Shown here piece after piece: positions 1 through 13,139 of a stretch of DNA of 64,000 nt. The position numbers and the translations under genes are program-made. Numbering within the stretch: the first letter of the stretch is position 1; each line of letters begins with the position of its first letter. Below the pieces are notes generated by a model. That model was not told the DNA's origin. It saw only the letters and a list, made by a program, of their open reading frames with translations, and searched no databases. The DNA is from Stylophora pistillata (taxonomy: Eukaryota), in assembly GCF_002571385.2 (NCBI RefSeq), contig NW_019218013.1:215422-279421 (forward strand), written 5' to 3'.

Positions 1-1706
1 ATATGCTGAAGAAAAATGCGTTCATTCTGTAATACTTTCGAGATGTACCATTAAACATATCCCGTCAAAAAAACCTAACGTTACATTGTACAGATCTGAA
101 CATGAACCAAAAGAACACATTTGTAAACTACAACTAGTACTTAACAACTAATATATGGAGAACTTGTAATTGTGTGCTTGTCTTGCACAAAAGCAACACG
201 AGGCTACAGATGGGCAAGATTTAATATCAACTGTACTTCACCTTCAAAGAATGTACCATATGTGATGGTACTTCAAATATTTCAAATTCGCAACTATTTA
301 CAGACTAACATTTGCAGTAGCTTGTTACTGCTAATTCTCAAATGTGATCCAAACCTAGCATCACCATAATCATTGTTGCATAATAAATTACATTGAAAAT
401 TTTACTGTGCTAGATGTTCAAAAGAGCATGTTGCAGAATTTGCTAACTATATATTTCATTGGAAAGCATAGTAAACATCTTTCAAACCTCTGCAAACACT
501 GAACTTATTCACAAAATAATTTTAAGTTGTCCTAAAATTATCCCGTGTTTTGTATGAGGACAGGTGCTACTCTTTTTGAATACATTCAATACCCACTAAA
601 GCACACATTCTTTAGCAAATTAGAAGTTTTTAAAGTAAATCACGCAGTGGCATATTTTTTTAAACTTAGTAGAAAAATACCTCTTTATTACTAAGTAAAT
701 AACAATTCATAGTGTAAGCTTTTGAGGGTCTGAAGGCAACAAATTTGTTTAGGTGTTATGAATTAATTTAAAAGTTGTTGTGATACTATTAATACGAATA
801 TGGTTTACCAAACAACATACATAGTGTTTTCTAATGAATAGCATCCACGAAGTAACATTAAGAGTGGGGGCAAAACTATATAATACATATGCCAATGTTG
901 ATTTTCAACAAACAAGATGAACACAGCATAACTTGAATATAAAATATTTCCAAGAAAAATCTGGGTAGGAACTGTGACTATTTACATAATGACTTGCATG
1001 TGAACACCGAAATCCAACGTTGAATGCCACCAATGACGGTTACAACAAAACACTAAAATGTTACTCAGGAAAAACGACAACGTTACCAGACAGCAACAAA
1101 AAAAAAAAAAAAAATGCATAGAATTTTATGGCAGCTAGATAGTAGTGAATCACAATGAAAAATACAAGGTGTTCCATTTGAAGAACAGCTTTACAATCCA
1201 AAATTGTGATCCATCTCTAGGAGATTATGATCCTGTTGACAGGGGCTTCCTCCCGAAACTACAACGTCCTTAATGAAAAATGGATTTTAATTTCACAATC
1301 ATTACACAACATTAGAATAGAAAAGAGCTATGACCAACACTGAAAAAAATCATACGAAAATACTGACCCATAACCTACACTTTGTAAAATGGAAGTCTTC
1401 CCGTATGCTTGTGTTTTCAAAAGCAAAATTTAACAGACATACATAGTAAACTTCACCTTCAATAATAAATAGTACCTTAATATCTTTAAACAACTGACCC
1501 TCCTTTTATAATACAACCAAAGAATCTTTATATGCCCCGCTTTAAACATACCTCAATTAAAGGCTACATGAATTTTAAACGGCTATCATTTGATAAATCT
1601 ATACAATGTACAAAAATTATTATTTTCCTATGGTACAATGATGAATACAAAAATTATATATTTGAGTAATAACAATATGCCCTGAACAGCTAGAAATTTC
1701 CCTTCA

Positions 1707-4700
1707 TTAACAGTCAGACTCTGGCAGATACTCAAACTTGAATCCATTTTGCTGCAGCTTTGTGGAGTAGTGTTCCAACTGCTTTAATAACAAACTAAAT
1801 GTTGGTCTTGCATTTGGACTGGATTCCCAGCAGCTCGTCATGAAGAAATATCTGCAAAAAGACACAGAAGGATCAAAACAATGCCATGACCCTTTAACTA
1901 CCAAGATCTTGTTGCTAATTCTCCCCTCTACCTGCTACATATTTCCTTCAAAATTATTGATGAGGATATGGTGTTTGATCAAGATAACAACATCTACCTA
2001 ATAAGATTTTGTATTCTCATTACCTGTTTGCTGGACATTGTGTGGATATTATAGGGAGAAGTTACATGTTGATCACCTCTTGGAGTGAAAGGATTAAACT
2101 CTGACCTGTTTCACATCTGAATTCTCCTCCCAACACCAAAACATAATTTAGCAACAGGTTAAAAAAAAATTTCAAAACTTATTAACTGGGTGTGTCATCT
2201 AGATATCACACCTAATTCTCCCTTCTATCTAACACGAAAATGCAAAGTACTTGGAGAATTTCTTAGCAATAGCTATAAAATAGACATTAACTATGTTAGT
2301 GGAGTATCTGAACCAACCCTTTCTTTATTTTCCTAAGCATTATGAATAACAAGATGAGCTCTTTCAGAGAATCACTCTCTTCATTTAAAAAAAAAAAAGA
2401 TGAAATTATAAGCTTACAGTTCACTGGAGAAAAAACCCCCAAAAAAGTTTTTTTTAACCTTAATACTGAAAGAAACAAATTTTAAAAAACTTACAAGTCA
2501 TATGGACAGTTATTTGGTTGAGGTAGTCTGTGTCCAGCTTGCAGATGCTGCTGCATTTTTGAATTGTCAATAGCTTGATATGGTGCCTTAGCAAGAGTTA
2601 CAAGCTCCCATAGAACAACTCCAAATGACCACTGTGAAGGAACAAATGTCACCATATGAGTAATGGAAGAGTAATCTCACTTTAATGTGACTGTTTTTAT
2701 ATTTTAAACAATGACGAAGCATAACAATGAACAAATATGGAATGTGCAAAATTAAAAGGCTGATATTAAAGGCTGTGAAATCTGTTCTGTTGCGCAAAAT
2801 CAATGTCATTGTGATAACTGAATTGCCTAAGTATACCTGATTCCTTTCTATGATCATGATCTACAAACAAATTTTCAATATTGACGATGATACATTTCTC
2901 TGCAAGCTACTCATGAGAATTTGATGCTGTCTAAGTGAACCCCTTTAGCTGAAATTTTCTAGGAGAGTACATGTAGCACTCAAATTCTTCTTTGGTTTAT
3001 CACAACTGAACTAAAGAGTAAGGTCACGATAATGAAAGAAATAATAACCAACTTATGTAGTTCTAGATTGTTAAAGAAAGTCTCCTATTTAGTTCTATAG
3101 GGAATGTTTGGCGAACACAGGGAGAATATGCATACTGATGTTTCATATATATTCCTTACTTCTGTTTGGGGAGGGGGGGGGGAGATTGAGTGTTAACCTT
3201 TATGCAACATTCTAAGCTAATGATGAACTGCCAAGTGAGTGACTATAATTTAATCACTGTCCTAATTTCCATAAAGCACAAAACAAACAAATGAAACTTT
3301 GAAAGAAAAAGCTCAAAACATACCACATCACTTTTTTCTGAAAATTGACCTGCCTCTGCTAAACCTTCAAGCGCTGTCCATTTAACAAGTAGTCTAGACC
3401 GTATTCCTTTGTCATTCAGATTGGTTGTGTTCACATCTCTGGCCAGACTGAAGTCAGTGATCTTTATACTCAAATCATCATTGACACTAAGGGATAGCAA
3501 AGTCAGCTAAGTCTGAATTCTTGAGACAAAAAACCCAATCCTCTCTTTATTCATGCAATAATCATCTTAAGGCTGTACAATGGTTTACAGGTAATCTAAA
3601 TACTTAGTTGGAACAAGAGTCTTAGTACATCAGCAGTAAACTAGAGTATGCGATTATCAGTTGCATAATGAAAACTACTGTTACTACTTTTTTGGAAATT
3701 ATGAATACTGGGAAAAGTTAGATGGCCTTATAACAAGACAGAAACGTTTGAAAAATTCTTATTTTTTATAGAATAATCTACCAGAGTCATCAAAATTCTT
3801 GAGTAAGAGAGGAAAACGTTATTTAGGCAATTACAGGTAGCAAACAGCAAATTGAGATTAGAAATACTTACATGCAGTTCTTTGCTGCAAGATTTCTGTG
3901 AACAATCTTTTTCTGAGTGATATAATCCATTCCTTTGCAGAGCTCAATTCCAAATTTGATAAGTTGGCGTGAGGTAATTGTCTATTAAAAAGAAAAAGAT
4001 TACTAGTGAGAAGTCGAAATATAAGTATTCAACATTCTAATGCTTTCTTTATCTTTGCAGTTGTTATTGGTTTAAAAACAAAAATGCACCAATTTCTAAG
4101 CACACAACCTCATCTATTTCTTATGTCTCAAGACCCGCTTCTTTGTTCCTCTTGCATTCTCACCTGTACTCTGGCAGATGTTGCTCTTGAAATCTTCAAA
4201 AAGTGTCCCAGGTCTCCATTTCTTGTTAGGGGAGTTACAATGTAAGGTGGTGTAGAACGTTGAAGAACCACACCCACAAGTTCCACCACATTTGGATGCT
4301 CGAAGCCTTTTATGACCATAGCTTCCTGCATAAAAGATGTAATAGTGTCCATGTCTGCTTCATCTGCAAAAAATAAGAATGAGTTAAAAAAAAAAAAAAG
4401 GACAAACAACTCAACTGGATGATGTACTTCACTTATAATTACACGAACCCAGAAAAATTTAACTAGCTGAGAAAAAGAATGTAATGAGGACCCTAAAGCT
4501 GCACCAAAAGTTACCAAAACACTTAAATGGTCAAACCATACTTCACCTAGGAGCATTAATTTGAGTTGCTCCTTTAAAAAGGTGCATGCTCTCTCTAGAC
4601 TAAGGCCGTGCTAATATCACAAAATTTACAAATCAAATCTCCACACTACTCGTTCCTTTGCTATGCATATCCAGGCACACCAAGGCAACAATCTTTGTCC

Positions 4701-7700
4701 TTGATATGCCTGACAAGTGTTGTGTCTGCTTCCCTTGTATCTTCTCGCCAAATAACTTGGCATGCCTCCAGATAACTGTTTTACAAACTCCACTAGACTT
4801 TCCCGTTTGCCTTACCTTGAAGTGCTTTGATGAACACTTCCATTTTCTTGCGAGGTTGCTCCTCATTTAATCCTCGCACGGAGCCTTTGTACAAACATCC
4901 AAATGTTCCTGCAAAATCAATTTCCCAAGGTGAAGCCATGAATCAACTTTCTCTTTCACAGATAACTAATTCTGAGGATTAGCATACTTGGCTTGAATTG
5001 GCACATGAAAACTGTAGCTAGAATCCTTCTTCTCCTCTCTTTAGAGTAATTGAAATGTCATGGTATAAGAATAAGTCAATTCGCTGTCAAAACTTAAAAG
5101 TTTAATAACTTTTACAATTGTAAGCCAGGTTGCTCAGTTATCAAAGTTTTCTAAGGAAATGCAAGTTATGGTGCCAAGAGATAAAATATCATCTACAGTT
5201 CTTTATATCTAGCTAACCTCTATATAAAGGATCTCCTACTGACACTTGGTCTCGTGGTATCAAAACATCTGCAAGTTCTGTCACCCAAAATTCATTTAAG
5301 ACTGTCAAGAGTCCTTCAGTATTTTGAGTTTCATCAGGAGCTGTGAAAAAAAAATCTTTATTAGTTGGTAGAAACTTATAAATTTAAATATAATAATGAC
5401 ACACTAGTGCAGTCAATACACCATTGTTGACTAAATGAAAGCATATGCAACAATTTATTTGATTTATCAGAACAAGAATCAATTACAAAACACTCCCTTA
5501 CTATTTCTTCTCTCCAATAAAGATTCTGTTTCCTGAAAAGATGACAAAGGTCTCTCTTGTATCCAGGTGTATTTTGTATCTGTGCCAAATAAAGAGAGAG
5601 ACAATTAAATGAAAAACTTAACAAAATCTTGAATCGCCTGATGTACAGTAATTCTACCAGATGACACAGTTTCCTACATACAGAAACACACCCACATTAA
5701 AAAAAAGAAATAAACAAAGAAATAAACAAACATACTAGACAAACTTCCATGTTTCCATTGTCGCTCATGTCGTCGATGTTTATGTCTTGCTCCTTGTCTG
5801 GCATCTCTAGCGCTATTCCTTCCCTCTGATTGCTTTTGAATGCAGGTATCACTACTTTCCTCAGGAATTATCAGATCAGTTGTTGAGGAGTCACTGCCAC
5901 TAGTATTAGCCCGACCCCGTCCTCCTCCCCCAGCAGGTGGATATTTAGGCCTTGGTGGGCTGTAAAACAGCCCTGGCTTTGAGGAATCCACTGTTTCATC
6001 AACTTCTTCCTTTTGCTCTTCCTTTTTGTAAATCTTGGATGAGCTGGTTTTTCAAAAGAAGCTTGTGAGTTTTCAAAGCAGAATATTAAGTAAACAAAAA
6101 GGAAAAAAGTAAGCCATTCAAAGACCTGAAGTTTTGCAGACAAAACGTCATGTCGTTGAATCTTTAACTTTAATTCTTACAGTTCATTTTAAAAGTATCA
6201 ATTCCACTTTTTTATTACATTTCTTTCACTTCCTTAGATGACTTCATACCACATTTCAAATAACTTTTGTTAAGTTACAAGATCAGGTAACCCTCCCAAA
6301 TGCAAAAGAAACTACGTCATAATCCACTGACCCCATCACAACTACCTAGAGAATCCATGGTCAGCTTGTTTAACTGGGGAACAACTGTGCATGAAACAGA
6401 CAGCTGAGTAACAAACCTGCTACCACTGCGGTACATTTCCACATCATCTTCGAACTCCATCTTCAGCTTCCTCTGTCTCATAATATAACGGCACAGTAAC
6501 GCCAGCCCAACAACTAATACGGTAACAATCGTCAAACCAGCACAGAGTCCCACAACTTTACTGCGTGACCATGGTGAGGACGTTACTTGTTCAGTGAAAT
6601 TATCACTGCCACCTGTAACTACTACTGAAAAAAAATAGCATCACTTAATAAACTTGAATATCCCTCATCATTTTTGATTATTTGATAAAGCTTGGTGTCT
6701 TTGTTTGTTTTCATGGTCAACCCTTTCAGTACGAAGATCTTATTAGTAATTTTTCCAGTCTGCAATATATTTCTTATCATGTTTGTTCTGAGAATTTGGT
6801 GTGGGATTGACTATTTATCCCCCAATTGACATTTTTCTATATTCTATCCTATGTAAGGATTGGCTCATAAAAAGCAGTATCTGAAAAAAATGAAAAGTTT
6901 GAAATGTACCCCTACAGAAAAGCAGAATGAAGGTTAGTTACAATGAAGGTTAGTTCATTTACCTGTTTTTTCACAACGTCTTCTGACTACAAGCATAAAT
7001 GTTTTGATCTCCTTGGTCACCACCGCACTTGAAATGATTTTGCTGTAGTTGAGGGCAAATGTCATGTCAACTTCTCCCTTCCTAGTACCAGGACAATAGA
7101 AGGAAACCTGAAAGGCTGCGAGACAAACCAACACAACAAATGAGTATGATTTATGACAAAAAAAAAAAAAAAATTACCCTCTCTACCTTGGGATGTCAAT
7201 TAATAATTAAGAAAATGGGACTCTTTGTGTGAAGAATTTGGATAAAGCAACAGGTTCCTTTAGAGAGTTTTAGACCCTCCCTTTTTTTAAGAATCACATT
7301 CTGACTGCCTAAACACTTTCAATGCCATTGCTCCCAAGATAGGAAGAAGTATCTTTTATAAAGGTATGATGAAAGACTTAATTGAAATTCAGTTTGAGCT
7401 ATGATCTTAAATGTTTGTCCTGTATATGCTTAAAACTAATATATAGATTTAGCCAAGCCTAAAAGTGGAGCTCCCAAGTTTGTAATATTAATGATAACAT
7501 AAAAGATGTGCATTTGCCAAGACTCGTCTAAGACACCCCTCCCTTCGTTTTGATAGTCTCCCCTACCCTACCCATGCAACCTGAAGGCACATACGTGCAT
7601 ACGCTCGGTCAGCCACGTGACAAGCAAACGAAGAGAGGCTGACATATTCCATGGGTATGGGGCTCTGCCCCACGCGCGCAAAGCGCGTGTAGGAGCCCCA

Positions 7701-10700
7701 CTATTAACTGTATCTTTTGGAAAACATTTAGTCAATTCACAATTATTTTCTTTATCAAGTAAACTTTTTTTTTCCTCACATGTTTTCAAACTGTTTTGTG
7801 TAGAGTACCTTACCAAAGTAACTAACAATGTTAACACACGTTGAGATGCACTCTCACAACGTACATACACGTACCTCATATTTACAACTTCTATTTACAA
7901 ACAAACAGATGGATCACTTTAAAAGATTCCTTATACAGAACAACTAAAATGTGAACCTGTCGTGACAGGTCATTCACACCTTTTTCAGCATGTGGAACTA
8001 TTCCTTCTAAAGGAATGGCTGCTACGGGATCAGGCATTATACTATGATCACTTGATTTGAAACTCATGCTGTAATGAGAAACCTGTAAAAGAACGGATGA
8101 TCTATTCATTAGACGTTGCACACCCGAGATCTAATAAGCCATTCTCTATACCGTCTAACATACATTTCTCATAAATTTAGTTCTGAGGGTTTGTTACTAA
8201 TTAATTCAAAGGTTAATTCTGAGGAAAGATCCATCTAAGGAATGCCTCTACAAACTCAATTTATTTTTTTTGGTAGAAAAAAAAAGAAAAGTCTGCAAAT
8301 TGCTTGCCTCCAGCTAGTGAGTTCCAGAATTTAAGAGGATCTCAGCTATTTTATAATATCAGGCAAACATTACTTAAGATGATATTAATAAAGGGGGTAA
8401 GTTTCTACAGAAACTGTGGTGCTGCATCGGCAGGGGTAAGGAGGTAATTTGGTTTTATCAACTAAGTTGAAATTGTAAATTAACCACCATAAAGAGTTAA
8501 AAAGCTGATGTTTTGAGCGTTAGCCCTATAACAGGGCAAAAAATGAGATTGCCTTCTTGTTTATCCAATTCTAAAACACTGAACTAGCAGAACTTTACAA
8601 AAAAAACTGAAGAACAGAATCAAATATTCAAGCCCTCTGCTTCTAAAGATTTTATTTCATACAACCCTTAAAGTAATTTTCCAACATATTTAGGTATTAT
8701 ATTTCTAGCCACAAATTTCCTGCAAGGTATGCTCTCATGAACACTTCCAACATTTTAATATTTTTAGAGTGAATTAGCTTGTAAAGATTCAAGAGTTTTC
8801 CCTTCTTTAGAAGTTCATGATTCTCAGCCATGGTTTTTATGCACAAAGCCCTGACACAATATCATTAGAGGACCTTAAGTTATTGCAACACTGCCTGAAG
8901 CCTTTTCTGCTTGATTTTCATATCTACGTGTACACTTGTTTGAAAATCAAATAATTCAAAGTGAAATTGCCCAATCGAGTTCCGTTTATTTTGGCTCTTG
9001 TGCAGAATCCTACTAAATGGAAGGCGCTGAATCCGTCCGTGGTTTCACGATTGATTAATTTCTGAAGTTATCTTGCTTTGGCAAAAAATAAATATCAAAG
9101 TTGTGTAACTTACACCACAAACATTTAATAGTTTCTTGAAAGTCAAATATTCAACTCGTAGCAAAATAGGAAATGCCATTATGGATAAAATGATAATAAT
9201 GGACGCCAACTTTATTGCAAACCAAGTGTTTAGACTGAATGACTACTGGTTATTGTTCTGTTTTCCTCCCCTTGGCAATGCGCCTTCATCAAATCTAAAA
9301 TCGTTTCCATACCGTGCCTTGACAAGCTTTTGGCTTATCCAACTGATATTGTTTGCAGCTTCCCCTGCAATCTTGAGTTATCCACGATAAAAACAAGCTT
9401 TTACGTGCCTTTCAGAAGCCACAACAGGAAATGCACGAGCCCAACGGAACTATACTACAATCCAATTCTTAAGGCTCGCAGTTAAAAAAAATATATAGGA
9501 AATGATATTGTGGCAAGATCACGTTTGAATGATGTAACGGGGCAGATAATTAGAAAACAACTGGAAAACGGCCATTTCTACAGACTTGCCCCCGTTAAAT
9601 CTTCTCTCAAAGAAATAAACAAAACCACATGCATTCCTTGAGGTTATGGTCAATTCTAAGCTCCTAATATTGGCGTAAAAAAAAACCAACAGCGTAATCC
9701 CCCCGAGTCATATTCTAGATTGCCTTTTCGACAGAAACTTTCCAGACATTGAAATACATCAAATTTTTTAAGAAATGCTCCAAATGGCTTGTCTGCTCGC
9801 TTACAATTTGAAAAACATCACATTACAATTCCATTCATTCAAGACAGAGAACGATCAGTCCGGCTTAAATAAACAACGATAAATACTTTATGGTTCACGC
9901 AAAAACCGTCAACACGAAACCCTGGGTTCGCCGATATCGCTAATACCTTTCATTTAATCCCTTCAAAGCTCTGAACAGGAAGATCCAAAGCGTCAAGCAA
10001 TCAAATCGAAGAAAGAATCGCCGATTTTCGATCGTTCACAATCATTGCTAAGCGCACAATAGAGTAAGAAAGAATGCATTCCGGCCATGCAAAACAAAGT
10101 ACCCCATCTCCGTGTTCTTAATATTGGCGTTGTAAGCTGATTTCTATTCATCAGAATGACTCTGGAAGAACGAAAATACTCTCTGGAACACAATCACTCG
10201 ACTTCTACGACGAAAATAGTTCGCGGAACGTCACATGAATGAAGTAAGATGACAAAAAATGCACTACAAAGTTAACATTGCGTAAAGTGGAGTATTGGTG
10301 CTACTGGGATGCTAAGAGAAGCCCTTTCATTCAAATGATCAGAAACGCACGGAAAGCTTTGCTTCATCCTCAATTCGAGACGTAAACTAAAATAAACGAA
10401 TACTGTGTCTAAACACTGAAATGAAGTCGACAAATCATTCACAGAAACAGGCTGATGGACTTTGTTCAACTCGTGTGAGAATCACTCTCGCTAGCACGTC
10501 GTACTTACCTGCGGATTTGAAAACCAGCTTAGCTGAATCGTTGAAACGGACGAATCTATCGGTGACATAAAACGATAAAATGCACCAGTATCCTGCACCA
10601 TGGTAGTTGGCTCTCCCTTGTGAATGAGATACAATTTTCCTTGGAAGTTCATTTCTGAAATATAGAACAAGCCATCGCGATTGATTCTTCTCCCTCGATC

Positions 10701-10903
10701 CACATGGCTTGATACGAGCTATTTACAAACTTTCTACCTTTCCTGAAAGAAATATACTCACTCAGATGTGTCATGGCATCCTCCTTTGTGATAAACAAAT
10801 GCACCTGAGCTGTCGCTTGCTGTAGAACGGAGCAAATCAACAAAAGGACAACCAAGTACGACCACGTTGTAGATCGATGACCCTCAAACCAGATTGTGTA
10901 CAT
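1707..10903 (-). CDS. RYK: RYK/Derailed-like WIF-domain receptor tyrosine (pseudo)kinase, about 676 aa, 13 exons
   Basis: Exons (GT-AG, sum 2031 nt, in frame): 10903-10762, 10654-10509, 8082-7980, 7115-6963, 6624-6417, 6043-5736, 5340-5218, 4908-4816, 4363-4164, 3981-3872, 3486-3324, 2631-2495, 1851-1707. Signal peptide; WIF-like ectodomain (FQVSFYCPG..GEV..LVVRRRC); TM (VVGLCAGLTIVTVLVVGLALLC); kinase with RYK-type G-loop YRGTFG, VFIK, HRNLAAKN, DFS, KWTALE, SDVWSFGVVLWE, CW..P..RPTF. Confidence 0.88.
7443..7704. mobile_element. Non-autonomous element with subterminal inverted repeats and a GC-rich terminal hairpin (Helentron/HINE-like?)
   Basis: AGTGGAGCTCCC near the 5' end; GGGGCTC..CACGCGC/GCGCGTG..GAGCCCC hairpin at the 3' end. 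Confidence 0.4.
8388..8530. mobile_element. Degenerate copy of the same pLTR family (RYK intron 2)
   Basis: AAAGGGGGTAAGTTTCT..GAAACTGTGGTGCTGC..AAGTTGAAATTGTAAATT..AAAAGCTGATGTTTTGAGCGTTAGCCC, matching 48375 and the reverse complement of 33660-33770. Confidence 0.6.
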
Positions 10904-12997
10904 TTTCACGAGCGAAGAAACCTCACAAGTTACGCATCAAGTACACGCTTTAATCTTTTAAGTAACCTTTCCCCTAAATTTCGGATGATGTAGCATGCTC
11001 CAGGACTAATTTGAACATGTCTGGGTGGGTATTCTGCACCTTCTAATACCGTACCAAATTTCAAAACATGAACTCCGATGACGCACTACTGAAATCCAAG
11101 TTGGGTGATTGTAGTTGCTCTCCTTGGTGGGGCAAGGTTTGACGTCACGATCCCGTGGTCCAATAACTCGCAGGTATCGATTGGAAATCGATCGCTGTAC
11201 GTGCTTCGAAAACAAAAGAACCTGTCATCGTTTCGCGCGTTTTGTGCTAATGAAACAACTGAGTCAACAACTTTCAGGCAAAACAAGTTTGTACTTTAAT
11301 CACGTGGGTGATGGATTAGTCAGTGATACAGCTTATGCGGTCATCGCCATTTCGAGCATTGGCTGAAGATGGAAGTCCACTCCAATAACATCGAACTTCC
11401 CATTCTCGAATAATAACTCAAACGGATGTTGTATTCCCTCAAATTGTTGGAGTGTGAACGCGTTTTGATTTCAAAGCCGGACTGTAAGATCATTCTCGAA
11501 AAAAGATATCACAACGAAACAAGTATACATATACAGTACTTCAACCAAATTCATGAAACACGTTTTGGGAACTAATTTTAAAGCGGATCTCCGAAACAAA
11601 TAACAAGTTGGCGTGTTTACTCGCTAATAGTCGTTCTACAATTTTATTACCAATTTTTTAATATCATTATTCTATCCCTGTAAGGAACAGAACTGCTCAT
11701 AAAAGACAAAACAAAACAAAACAAACAATACTAATGAAGAAAAAAAATCAACAACAACAGTGAAAAAAAAAAAAAGCAAGCAACATCACGAGGTGAAAAA
11801 AATAAAATAATAATACGCAAGAGATTACGTGAGGCTCTTAAGATTTCATTTCATATGTTTTTTTTTTTTGTCTTCTACCTGGGAGTGGACAAAGCCGTGT
11901 CTTTCCGGTTTTTTTTTTTTTCGACCCGTAGGAAAGAATTCGAAGTTATCGTCGTTGTTTTTTTCTAGACTGCGGACTAAAAGGAAAAGAAAGCTGTTTG
12001 GATGTCTGCAAAGTGCCTGTCCTAGGATCGCTTTGTGTACAACAGACAAACTCTAGAACAAAATTGGAGAATGAGAGGAAACAGTTGAAATGACCCTTAC
12101 TACACAAATCAATAGGCCCATTGGTTAAAAAATTTCACAACATCAGGAAACAGGAACTTGTACTCGCTCAAAAATGGACTGAGGAAGAGGGAAGTCAAAC
12201 TCGCTACAAAAATCTTATACCCCTCGTAAAAGGTTTTTTTTACATATCGGTAACAAAAATATTATTGTAATGTGTTGTAGGGTCAGTTTATAGATCTCAT
12301 CTGAGGTGAACGTGTTGCGCAAGGCAGTGGCTTGATAAGTAACGGCTACGTAAAAATACGGGACAAGGAGCTCACGTGAAATCCGACTTGTTGCGAAACG
12401 ATTGACAACATTTCCGCCAATGAACGTATGCCGTTCCCGATCGAGAATGTTTGTCAAAAAAACAATGCTGCCACTAGGCTTTTTGGACATTTTCGGTCGA
12501 TTTCCATTATCACTTTCAAACGGTTTAGCTTTTTGAGGACAGTTTTATCTGCTTGAACATTTGAAACCATCATTCCCCCGGTACCCCTTGTAGGTTGAAG
12601 AAATAACCGAGCCTACGCAACTTTACCGGTATCTATAAACCTCCGCGGAAAAATGATTATCAACCTCTCTACAGATCAGAGAGTTGTTCGGATCTGTCTT
12701 ATATGTAGTTTAGATTTGTTCGATCATGATCCTTTTAAAAACGTTTTGTGGCCAAGAAAAAGCGGCAAATCATTCTTATTTTGCGCGTACAAATCAACTG
12801 CATGTCTAGGACGCGCAACCCGTTTCACTACTATAATACATCAGTTGTATCCTTCACACAAACAGCCCTGCGGGAGGAAGAGAATATTCCTTCGTACATC
12901 ATAGATTTGCTTCGATCAGGGGCTTTCAAAAACGGCGTCTGTCGTGAGGCGTAGCCATGCTAATGCTCTAATTGGCGAGATTTAGCGAGACTAGAAC

Positions 12998-13139
12998 TTT
13001 TCCTACATGTGCGGCTCTGTCTAAACTGCGGAAGTCTTACGAAGTGTTGAAATGTCTTGTTGTTGTTGTTGTTGTCTTTTCCTACATGTGCGGCTCTGTC
13101 TAAACTGCGGAAGTCTTACGAAGTGTTGAAATGTCTTGT
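12998..13139. repeat. Exact tandem duplication of about 62 bp separated by (GTT)n
   Basis: TTTTCCTACATGTGCGGCTCTGTCTAAACTGCGGAAGTCTTACGAAGTGTTGAAATGTCTTGT occurs twice. Confidence 0.9.

Noticed and set aside
5871-6143. ORF with an NLS-like KRKSKRKK
   Set aside because: It is an alternative frame of RYK exon 6; splice phases select the SSKIYKKEEQ frame.
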